A stretch of DNA of 60,582 nucleotides, counting the filler. It is 9 parts of 9 records of this genome, joined end to end, with 100 filler letters (N's around TTAATTAATTAA, not from the genome) between each part and the next. Parts side by side here need not be neighbours in the genome. Positions count along the whole stretch, not along the records: positions 34,108 to 40,471 come from SRR31156797_31536; positions 40,572 to 45,708 come from SRR31156797_31546; positions 45,809 to 55,368 come from SRR31156797_31575; 6 more parts are not named here. One strand, given 5' to 3'. Made by a program: the position numbers and the translations under genes. Below the pieces are notes generated by a model. The model was not told the origin of the DNA and made no database searches. It was given only the letters and a program-made list of their open reading frames with translations. Shown here in pieces: positions 38,078 to 46,230 of the stretch (positions are counted from its first letter, which is position 1; the number at the start of each line of letters is the position of its first letter).

Positions 38078-38947
38078 ATGAAACGATTTGTTTTCAGTCC
38101 CAAACTGGGCTGGTCCGTCAGCCGATACAACCTGTTTGAAACCTGCAAACGGCAATACTATTACAACTATTACGCCAAGTACGATCCCGAATACCCCACC
38201 AAAAAAATCCTTGCCCTGAAAAAAATGACCTCCATCCCCCTGGAAGTCGGCAACATCGTTCACGATGTCAACAAAGCCCTCCTTGAAAGGCTGCAGAAAA
38301 CGGCGAAAAGCATCGACAAAGCGCGATTTCACGATTATGCCCGAAAAATGACCGAAGAATATGTTTACAAGAAGACTTTCCAGGAAGTCCATTACGGCCG
38401 GATAAAATCCGTCGGCCCGGACGCTCTTTTTGACAAAATTCGAATTTCACTGAACAATCTTTTAAACAGCCACCGCTTCACCTGGTTGATGGATCATGCG
38501 GTGCTCAAGAAAGAAGAATGGCTTATCGAGCCTCCGGGATATGGAGAAACCCGAATCGGCGGCATGAAAGCCTACTGCAAGGTGGACTTTCTGTTTCCGT
38601 TAAAGAATCAACTCTTTATCATGGATTGGAAAACCGGAAAATCCGATTTACAAAAACATCACAAACAAATGGTGGGGTACGCCGCCTGGGCCTCCTACCA
38701 CTTTGAAAAGGATCCGGCCGAAATTTCTCCCATTGTCGCCTACCTTCATCCCCATTACAAAGAAATTGAAATCAAGGTAAACGCATCCGACATTGAGGCG
38801 TTCGCGAAGCAGATCAGGAAAGAAACGGCCCATATGAATACATTCTGCAGGGACGTTAAGAAAAATATCCCAAAAGACAAAGAGCTTTTTACCCTCACAA
38901 AGAGCAAGCTCTGCCATTATTGCAATTTCAGGGGGCTTTGCCATTGA
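38078..38947 (+). CDS. PD-(D/E)XK nuclease, Cas4/AddB-like with Fe-S staple cysteines
   Basis: WSVSR..CKRQYYY, GNIVH, KVD, IMDWKTG, QMVGY, CHYCNFRGLC. Confidence 0.88.
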   Translation: MKRFVFSPKLGWSVSRYNLFETCKRQYYYNYYAKYDPEYPTKKILALKKMTSIPLEVGNIVHDVNKALLERLQKTAKSIDKARFHDYARKMTEEYVYKKTFQEVHYGRIKSVGPDALFDKIRISLNNLLNSHRFTWLMDHAVLKKEEWLIEPPGYGETRIGGMKAYCKVDFLFPLKNQLFIMDWKTGKSDLQKHHKQMVGYAAWASYHFEKDPAEISPIVAYLHPHYKEIEIKVNASDIEAFAKQIRKETAHMNTFCRDVKKNIPKDKELFTLTKSKLCHYCNFRGLCH

Positions 38948-38991
38948 ACCGTTGACGTTTGGATGGGCCAGGTAGCCGGCAGTCTTTCATC

Positions 38992-40471
38992 CTACGGGCT
39001 GTCGATTTTGTAGTATGAGTTTGACAGCTTTTTGTCGAATTTAAAGGATTCGTTGAAGATTTCCAGGAGCTTGATGTTCTGTTTCCCAATCATAATGCAG
39101 TTCCCCACAATGGCATAGAAGAGAATGCTGAGGCGTGTTTTAGAGGTGTCGGTTCTGATCCTTTCGATCTGATTCTGGTTGAATTGATCCGCCAGTTTCC
39201 TCATGTAAAGGTACTGTTCCACAATATTCTGGTAGTCCACGATTTCTTTGCGGTTAAAAGAGGTTTCCGCCTTTAAGATGATATCAAGGATACAGATCTT
39301 GATCTTTTTGAGTTCCTCAATTTGAACATCTAAAAGCCCTTTGTGTTTGTTGCCGATATGGTTGGCGGATCGCGCCACGATATCGCGGTAACCATCGGAT
39401 ATTTTCTGAAGACGTCTGATGGTCTGGGCGTACTTGTACGATATCCGAGCATCCCCTTTGTTTTGGAGGCGCAATACTTTGAAGATGTTGGCCATGATGA
39501 TGTTGGTCCACAGTTGAACCTGTTTAACCTTTTTTCGCTGCTTTTTCAGCTCATCCGCATTCTGTTCAATAAGCGCGTCAAAAGTGAGATCAAAAGATTC
39601 CCGAATGGCGCCCAAAAGATGGGCCAGATGGTCAAAGGTGCTGGAGATGGCCATGTGGGCATCATTGATCTTCTTCAGGTTGAAGACCCGTTCCTCTTCT
39701 TTATCCTTCTCACGCCCCTTGTGTTTTCTCTGATTATTCCAAATGACCAGACCCGCAAGTAACATGAGGCCAAAAACACCCGGCACCTTGAAGTAATGGA
39801 TCGCGCTAGCGAAAGCAAAGGAGACCGCAAAGGCGATGAAGGCCGTCATAAACCAGCCGCCGATCACCGTAAGGACCCCGGTGACCCTGTATACAGCGGT
39901 TTCCCTGCCCCACGCCTGATCGGAAAAAGAGGCGCCCATGGCCACCATGAACGTGACATAGGTCGTTGACAGGGGGAGCTTCATGGAGGTGGCAAAAGAG
40001 ACCACGGCACTGGCCACCATCAGGTTAACGGATGCACGCACCAGATCAAAGGAAGGCTTCGGGCCCTGAAACGCAACTCTCTCGGCACGGTGGGGATCCA
40101 TCCGGCCTCGAATGGTTTTCCTCAGATTGTGGGGAACCACCGACGTAACGGATTTAAAGAATGAATCCACCATCCTCACAATGGTCCTTGAAAGCCAGAT
40201 GGACTCGAAACGCTCGGTGGTCTCGTCCTGATGCCCCAGACTGATTTCCGTCTCGGTGACCGTTCGGGCCTTTTTGCTCAACCACAGGGTTACCACCATA
40301 ATGATACCCGCCAGGAGCAGGAGTCCCGTCTGGGGTTGCACTTTCCCGCTCAGGGCACTCATGGTAACGCTCAGGGGGTCCCCCGCGGCCATGGCGGTCT
40401 TGTAAGCGCTCAATCCCGCCAAGGGGACACCGATGAAATTTACCAGGTCATTGGCGGCAAAGGCCATGGCC
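38992..40471 (-). CDS. Inorganic phosphate transporter (PiT family) with C-terminal helical PhoU-like region (5' truncated)
   Basis: AFAANDLVNFIGVPLAG, LPLSTTYVTFMVAMG. Confidence 0.88.
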
Positions 40472-40571
40472 NNNNNNNNNNNNNNNNNNNNNNNNNNNNN
40501 NNNNNNNNNNNNNNNTTAATTAATTAANNNNNNNNNNNNNNNNNNNNNNNNNNNNNNNNNNNNNNNNNNNN
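40472..40571. other. Artificial contig linker
   Basis: Same 100-bp spacer. Confidence 0.99.
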
Positions 40572-40596
40572 GGGGCAATTCATGAATTGCCCCTAC
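40572..40596. repeat. GTAG-type REP palindrome, copy 1 (cut by contig end)
   Basis: GGGGCAATTCATGAATTGCCCCTAC. Confidence 0.85.
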
Positions 40597-40647
40597 AAAA
40601 TACAATAACCTATTGTTAGAAAATATATACACCTCATAATAAATAGC

Positions 40648-40675
40648 AAAAAACCACGAAAAATTCGTGGTTTTT
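40648..40675. terminator. Bidirectional intrinsic terminator after the SDR gene
   Basis: AAAAACCACGAA-aaa-TTCGTGGTTTTT. Confidence 0.8.
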
Positions 40676-40686
40676 AATATTATTAA

Positions 40687-40729
40687 TCGATCAAACGTAA
40701 GGTTTGCCTGGTGTGCTCAGGTGAGCACG
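40687..40729. repeat. Double-hairpin intergenic repeat, copy 1
   Basis: TCGATCAAACGTAAGGTTTGCCTGGTGTGCTCAGGTGAGCACG; near-identical to 42927-42969. Confidence 0.85.
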
Positions 40730-40744
40730 ATTTTAAGAAGCAAA

Positions 40745-41596
40745 CTACCCAAATATACTCTGAACCTCACTAAGTAATTTCTTCCCATCACTATCAAGTC
40801 CCGTTTTAAGCTTCGTGAACTCCTCCGCCCATTCAGATGTTCTGATTCTAAGAGGTGGATTCTCTGAATTAACTACTCTTGCTACAACTTCCGCTACTTC
40901 CTCAGCAGTTTGATATACATCTACTCCCATTCTGGTTTGTGCATTAGCAATAAATCCTTCTAGGATTGCTTTGTACTCATCCTCTACAATTCCACCTGCA
41001 CTTTGAAGCTGCGTCAATACATTGTTTGCAAACTCAGATTTGATGCCTCCCGGCTCAACTAACGAGAATTTGATGCCAAAATTAGGCTCAATATAACTTG
41101 CAAGTGCTTCTGTATATCCCTCAACTGCAAATTTCATTCCACAATAGATATCACTAAACGGTTGACCTACTAGGCCCCCAACTGAAGTAATGTTAATAAT
41201 GTGTCCGCTTCTAGCTTTTCTCATATGTGGAAGTACAGCTTTTGTAGTTCTGACAACTCCGGCAAAATTAACATCAAACTGCCACTGCAATTCTTCCTCT
41301 GTTAAATTTTCCGTTGTCTTGATCATTCCAACTCCGGCGTTATTTACTAATATATCTATTTTACCTTCTGCTTCAATAATTTCCGCTACAGTTTTATCTA
41401 TTGTTTCACCTTTTGTTACGTCTAGCTCCTTAATTACTAATTCCACTCCCTGTTCTTTTGCTTTAGCAAGTAAGGCATCCTGTTTGGTAAGATTTCTCAT
41501 TGTTGCATATACTTTATATCCCTCTTTTGCCAATTTAAGTGATAATTCTAGTCCTAATCCTGTTGATGTTCCTGTAATTAATGCTATTCTATTCAT
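40745..41596 (-). CDS. Short-chain dehydrogenase/reductase (classical SDR)
   Basis: TGTSTGLG, LVNNAG, S..YCGMK, VEPG. Confidence 0.95.
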   Translation of the reverse strand: MNRIALITGTSTGLGLELSLKLAKEGYKVYATMRNLTKQDALLAKAKEQGVELVIKELDVTKGETIDKTVAEIIEAEGKIDILVNNAGVGMIKTTENLTEEELQWQFDVNFAGVVRTTKAVLPHMRKARSGHIINITSVGGLVGQPFSDIYCGMKFAVEGYTEALASYIEPNFGIKFSLVEPGGIKSEFANNVLTQLQSAGGIVEDEYKAILEGFIANAQTRMGVDVYQTAEEVAEVVARVVNSENPPLRIRTSEWAEEFTKLKTGLDSDGKKLLSEVQSIFG

Positions 41597-41736
41597 ATTT
41601 TCCCATCTCCTAAGTTTAATTGTAGAACTCTTAAAGTTTTGAATAAATTATTAACGCTTCAATAATCATTTATGAAAAAACTTTTTAGAGTTCTTAATTC
41701 AACGATAATTTTTTGTTTAATTTATTTATTTAATCC

Positions 41737-41764
41737 GTAGGGGCAATTCATGAATTCCCCCTAC
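41737..41764. repeat. GTAG-type REP palindrome, copy 2
   Basis: GTAGGGGCAATTCATGAATTCCCCCTAC, abutting a stop codon. Confidence 0.85.
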
Positions 41765-42813
41765 TACTCTTCTACTACTCTAAATGGTTCTAACTCTTTA
41801 ACTTTCATAGTTTGAAGTCTTGCGAATCTTTCATTTACATCGTTATATAAAATCCAGCTATGCTGAGTTTTCGCTCTCATTTTCATATCACCCTGTCTAG
41901 TTACACCTCTCCAGTCAAATACAAGTGATACTTCAATTGTATTTTCATCTATTTCACTCGCTTCGAAGCTCTCCACGCTGTGACCACTTAATTTTACTCT
42001 GTCAACAGCATATTTTAACCATCCATAGATTCCTTCATGACCTTCAACTTTAGTTCCGCTAGTTGAGTCAATTGTTACATCTTCAGTTATTATTTCTTTG
42101 AAATTGTTATTGAATATCACATCTATTTTTTCAGGATTCATGTGTAAATTTTCAAGATTATATAACCAATAGTAAGTAAATGATTTCGCTCTATTTACAG
42201 CATAGCTATTCTCATCAAATTCGGGGTTTTCAATTTGTCCTGTAGGTTTCAAATTAACTTTTGTTAGTACCGGTAGTTCATTTGCCTTTGTTTCAAACTC
42301 CATTTCATAAGCAACTGTATAACTTGCTTTTTCACCATTTGGTCTAATATTTTGATATAAGATATCTGCCTCCAATCCGTATTTTCCATTTGAAATTTCA
42401 GTAGTTTTTACGTTTTGTACATGATGTGCATTTTGCCAGCCTTCATATACTGCTATAGAATTAAAGTAGTTATCTCTTCCAGTTAATTTTTTATCCATTC
42501 TAGTTATTTCTAAGTTTTCATCAAGTAAATCTTTCTGATTAGCAAGTGTTCTTTCGGAGAAAGGTTTCTCATATACTTGATACCATCTATAATATTGAGT
42601 TTTTACTAAGTTATCTCTTCTTCTTTCTTCGAAATACTCTCTGGCAAAATCTTTATTTTCAACTTTTTCCATTTTCTCCATAGCTGGTTTTGCCTCCTCT
42701 TTTTTCACGGCTTTCATATTATTATCCATATTTTCTTCTTTATCTATTGTTGTACATGCTGCTAATCCCATTGCTAATGCTCCTATAGCTAATATTTTCT
42801 TCATTTTTCTCAT
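41764..42813 (-). CDS. Lipoprotein with two tandem NTF2/SnoaL-like domains
   Basis: Lipobox LAAC; internal repeat (NLVKTQYYRWYQVYE / NRAKSFTYYWLYNLE; AHHVQNV / GHSVESF); fold is inferred. Confidence 0.7.
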   Translation of the reverse strand: MRKMKKILAIGALAMGLAACTTIDKEENMDNNMKAVKKEEAKPAMEKMEKVENKDFAREYFEERRRDNLVKTQYYRWYQVYEKPFSERTLANQKDLLDENLEITRMDKKLTGRDNYFNSIAVYEGWQNAHHVQNVKTTEISNGKYGLEADILYQNIRPNGEKASYTVAYEMEFETKANELPVLTKVNLKPTGQIENPEFDENSYAVNRAKSFTYYWLYNLENLHMNPEKIDVIFNNNFKEIITEDVTIDSTSGTKVEGHEGIYGWLKYAVDRVKLSGHSVESFEASEIDENTIEVSLVFDWRGVTRQGDMKMRAKTQHSWILYNDVNERFARLQTMKVKELEPFRVVEE

Positions 42814-42870
42814 CTCCTAAATTATTTTTTTAAGTCTCCTCTTTTCTAAGAGAGGTTAATTCTTATCAAG

Positions 42871-42884
42871 AATGAACATTCATT
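42871..42884. promoter_or_regulatory. Putative TetR operator 1
   Basis: AATGAACATTCATT palindrome upstream of the lipoprotein gene. Confidence 0.75.
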
Positions 42885-42926
42885 CATTAATGTTGTTTAA
42901 ATAAAAAACCTTTTATTATCTCATTT

Positions 42927-42969
42927 TCGATCAAACGTAAGGTTTGCATGGTGTGCTGATGTCAGCGCG
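42927..42969. repeat. Double-hairpin intergenic repeat, copy 2
   Basis: TCGATCAAACGTAAGGTTTGCATGGTGTGCTGATGTCAGCGCG. Confidence 0.85.
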
Positions 42970-42979
42970 GTTTAATTGT

Positions 42980-43486
42980 CTACTTCGCCAGCGCAAACGG
43001 TTCAACTATCTCTATATTCATTTCCAATAATCTAACAAACCCTTCGTTTTCATTCTTTGATAATCTCAAGTGGTGAATAACGAATGCTTTTAATCTATTG
43101 CCTTTAGGATCAATTCCTCGCCATCTTACTTTGATATCTGCTTTAATTTCACTATTGCTAAGTTTTTTTACTTCTAATCCCTCAACGTCATGCCTGCTGT
43201 ATGAAGCTGATTTTGATAATGCCTGAAGCCACATTTTTGCTCCGTCAATTCCTTTTAGCTGCTTTCCGTTACTAATATTTATAATTACATTTTCATCTAA
43301 TAATTTCTTAAAATTATACTCAAATACCAGTGCTAAGTGTTTAAGCCTTCCATTTTCAAATGATTCTTTTACGTAATTATCATTCAAACTCATATCCTCT
43401 CCTCCATACGCTATTATTCCTAAACTAAAAATTAATGCCAGTAATACTTTAATTTTTCCAATTCTTCTCATTGTTTTTTCCTCCAA
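42980..43486 (-). CDS. Exported single-domain paralog of the 349-aa lipoprotein C-terminal domain
   Basis: Signal-like N-terminus; NFKKLLDENVII..G..W..H.VE..WRG..KA..H..F.RL..M..EPF aligns by eye with the neighbour's C-terminal half. Confidence 0.75.
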   Translation of the reverse strand: MEEKTMRRIGKIKVLLALIFSLGIIAYGGEDMSLNDNYVKESFENGRLKHLALVFEYNFKKLLDENVIINISNGKQLKGIDGAKMWLQALSKSASYSRHDVEGLEVKKLSNSEIKADIKVRWRGIDPKGNRLKAFVIHHLRLSKNENEGFVRLLEMNIEIVEPFALAK

Positions 43487-43602
43487 TTTCTTATGTTATA
43501 TATTTTATATCCTAAGTTATATTTCAATCCCTTCTCTAAATTCTTAACCAATATTTCAAAGTTTACTAAAATATTAATTAGAGTCGGGAGAAGTTATCAT
43601 AG

Positions 43603-43616
43603 AATGAATGTTCATT
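43603..43616. promoter_or_regulatory. Putative TetR operator 2
   Basis: AATGAATGTTCATT. Confidence 0.7.
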
Positions 43617-43646
43617 TATTTATCTTCTAAAAATAAAATATGCTCA

Positions 43647-44210
43647 TTAAGCATATTTTATTGCATCCCAGAAAAGTTCAAACATTAACTCTATCTTTTC
43701 TTCATCTACATTCCAGCTTTTATCATTGTGTACAGATGATAGTTGTTTGATTATTCCCATCATCAATACGGAAACTGCTTTAAATTCAAGAGCTTTCGTA
43801 ACTTTTTCCTCTACTCCTCTTTGATACATCTCTATATAGTGAGAATATTTCTCTGCCATCTCCTGCATTTTTTCTTGGTTTATAAAAGGAGATGCTACAT
43901 ATTGACTCATAAATCCCGCTTTGACAGGATTTTCTATATAGTATGTTGCCATACTTTTAAATTTGTTATAATACTCCTCTTTTACACTCATTCCATCGCT
44001 GATACTATTCAAGACGATTTCGTTATATTCCTCTTTGATATTAAAAAATATCTCATTGATAATATCATCTTTGGTTTCAAAATATCTATAAATCGTTCCT
44101 GCTGCTACACCAGCTTCTTTTGCAATTAACGATACAGGTGTATTATGAAAACCTCTCTCAGTTATTAATTTGAGTGTACTCTCTAATATTCGCTCTTTTT
44201 TGTTATCCAT
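43647..44210 (-). CDS. TetR/AcrR family transcriptional regulator
   Basis: KERILESTLKLITERGFHNTPVSLIAKEAGVAAGTIYRYFETKDDI. Confidence 0.96.
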   Translation of the reverse strand: MDNKKERILESTLKLITERGFHNTPVSLIAKEAGVAAGTIYRYFETKDDIINEIFFNIKEEYNEIVLNSISDGMSVKEEYYNKFKSMATYYIENPVKAGFMSQYVASPFINQEKMQEMAEKYSHYIEMYQRGVEEKVTKALEFKAVSVLMMGIIKQLSSVHNDKSWNVDEEKIELMFELFWDAIKYA

Positions 44211-44245
44211 TTTTTAACCTCGCTTTGAACTCATTCTAAAAAATG

Positions 44246-44302
44246 AATGAACGTTCATTTTTTTCTTGTTAAGAGTATATCCTATTAATTTTAACTTGTC
44301 AA
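44246..44302 (-). promoter_or_regulatory. tetR promoter and operator 3
   Basis: TTGACA (44302-44297) - 17 bp - TATACT (44279-44274); perfect palindrome AATGAACGTTCATT at 44246-44259 just downstream. Confidence 0.85.
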
Positions 44303-44330
44303 TAGTATTTTTGTAATTATTACAAATTAT

Positions 44331-44364
44331 AAAAGGCAAGCTTTTAAATTTAAGCCTGCCTTTT
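44331..44364. terminator. Intrinsic terminator after the TPR-like lipoprotein
   Basis: AAAAGGCAAGCTT ... AAGCCTGCCTTTT. Confidence 0.75.
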
Positions 44365-44385
44365 AATATTTTAAAGTTCTTTTTA

Positions 44386-45621
44386 TTATTTTTCATACTC
44401 CATTAATTTATCTTTTATATAGTTTTTTCCTATTCCGAACCTTATTTTCGAAACTTCAGTTGAATGTTCTTTAGTTAGTTTAATAATTGTATCGTTTGCT
44501 CTTCTATAGGCTTTTTCAGCTTCTTCCGGATAACCTAATTCAGCAAAAGTATCTCCTCTTATAGCTTCTATTCTCCATACGAAATCTAAAAAACCATTCT
44601 CTAAACTGTAATCTACTGCTTCTTTCCCTATCTCATAGCACATGTCATATCTTCCTGTTTTGTTATATGTTCTTGCTTTAAATGCCAATACAGTTGCTAT
44701 TCCTTTTTTATAGTTTACTAATTCATAAAAGTCCACAGCCTTTTGAAATTCCTCTTCAACTTCATTGTCATCATAAGCCAGTCCTAATTTTGCTGTTGCC
44801 AGAAAAGTAAGATTCGTTGCTCTTCCATAATAAGCATCAAGAGTCAGGTTCACGAATTTTCCATACAATACATGATTTGCAACATAAAATACAGCATTCA
44901 TTCTCTTCTCTGCTTCATTAGCCCAATAATATGATTCCTCGTAGTTTTCTTTTAGATTATATATCGCTGCTAAAGTTGTGTAAGCTCTCAACTGAGCAGT
45001 TGTTGTAGCTACCAGTTCAGGCATATTTGTAGGAGGCCCTGCGTATTTTGTTGGGAATTCCCAATCGCCAATTGTTAATAATACTGCTTCGGCATCTCTT
45101 TTTGCAGACTCTAAATTTTCTAACCAGACATTTAATTCTGCTCTAAGTGCAATAGTATTCAGATCACTGTTAAAAACCTCTTTTTCATACATGGAGCATG
45201 TTTCCAATTCCTCTACTGCTTCATCTCCAAGTCCCATCATCATAAGTACTTGAATTTTAAGAAAAGATACTTGCCATTGCATCAATGGATCATCACTTTC
45301 TTTTTTTATTTTCGCTATAGTTTCCAGTGCAGATTCTCCATCGCCACTTAGATAAGCGTCATAAACTTTCTTTAAATCTTTAGTTATCTTCACTCCGTAA
45401 AGATTTTTATCACCTTTTTTGATTTTAACTTTTTTTTCATTTGCAACTTCTTGATATTCTATCTTGCCTTCAGGATACATCGGAAGTTTTGATTTCAAAT
45501 CATTCACTTCTTGATTCGCTCCCATATCAACTATCTTATTTTCAGGTAACTCTACTTTTGAACATGATACGAAGATTACAACTATTAATAGCAAAACTGC
45601 TTCTCTTAATTTTCTATTCAT
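44386..45621 (-). CDS. TPR-like helical repeat lipoprotein
   Basis: Lipobox FVSC; Ala-rich amphipathic helical repeats (e.g. RGDTFAELGYPEEAEKAYRRA). Confidence 0.7.
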   Translation of the reverse strand: MNRKLREAVLLLIVVIFVSCSKVELPENKIVDMGANQEVNDLKSKLPMYPEGKIEYQEVANEKKVKIKKGDKNLYGVKITKDLKKVYDAYLSGDGESALETIAKIKKESDDPLMQWQVSFLKIQVLMMMGLGDEAVEELETCSMYEKEVFNSDLNTIALRAELNVWLENLESAKRDAEAVLLTIGDWEFPTKYAGPPTNMPELVATTTAQLRAYTTLAAIYNLKENYEESYYWANEAEKRMNAVFYVANHVLYGKFVNLTLDAYYGRATNLTFLATAKLGLAYDDNEVEEEFQKAVDFYELVNYKKGIATVLAFKARTYNKTGRYDMCYEIGKEAVDYSLENGFLDFVWRIEAIRGDTFAELGYPEEAEKAYRRANDTIIKLTKEHSTEVSKIRFGIGKNYIKDKLMEYEK

Positions 45622-45708
45622 GATTCATCACCCTCCATATAAAATGTACAAGATAAATACTCTTTTCCTTTAAAAAACTAAACTATATAAATTTTAATTA
45701 GTTTCTTA

Positions 45709-45808
45709 NNNNNNNNNNNNNNNNNNNNNNNNNNNNNNNNNNNNNNNNNNNNTTAATTAATTAANNNNNNNNNNNNNNNNNNNNNNNNNNNNNNNNNNNN
45801 NNNNNNNN
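45709..45808. other. Artificial contig linker
   Basis: Same 100-bp spacer. Confidence 0.99.
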
Positions 45809-46222
45809 ATCATGATGGTCGGACCGCATTTTTATATCGGCATAACGGAACGGACCAATCGCGAAGGCGCCGGTCAGATGATCGATATTTTGAAAGAATA
45901 CGGCCTTACCGGTTCCACCGTGGCCGTGGAAAAGGTACTTCACCTGAAAACGGGCGTCGCCTATTTAGAGAATAACATCCTGATGGCTTCGGGCGAATTT
46001 TTAGAAGACGACAAATTTAAAGAATTCGATCTGGTCGCGGTCGACGAAGACGAAAGCTATGCCGGAAACAGCATCTGGATCAACGATACCGTCCTTACTC
46101 CGTCTGGCTATCCAAAGACCGAGGCACTTCTGGAAAAAACCGGCTACCGGATCGTGACGCTGGATATGTCCGAATTCAGGAAACTGGATGGCGGATTAAG
46201 CTGTCTGTCGTTGCGTTTTTAA
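45809..46222 (+). CDS. Dimethylarginine dimethylaminohydrolase / amidinotransferase family (5' truncated)
   Basis: RTNREG, LHLKTG, SEFRKLDGGLSCLSLRF. Confidence 0.92.
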   Translation: MMMVGPHFYIGITERTNREGAGQMIDILKEYGLTGSTVAVEKVLHLKTGVAYLENNILMASGEFLEDDKFKEFDLVAVDEDESYAGNSIWINDTVLTPSGYPKTEALLEKTGYRIVTLDMSEFRKLDGGLSCLSLRF

Positions 46223-46230
46223 CCGTCCGG

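Noticed and set aside
41661-41674. Fourth TetR operator upstream of the SDR
   Set aside because: AATAATCATTTATG matches only 10 of 14 positions in very AT-rich DNA; not distinguishable from chance
38078-42969. Cas4-like gene plus nearby repeats as a CRISPR system
   Set aside because: Different contigs; the repeats are dispersed pairs separated by genes, with no repeat-spacer array
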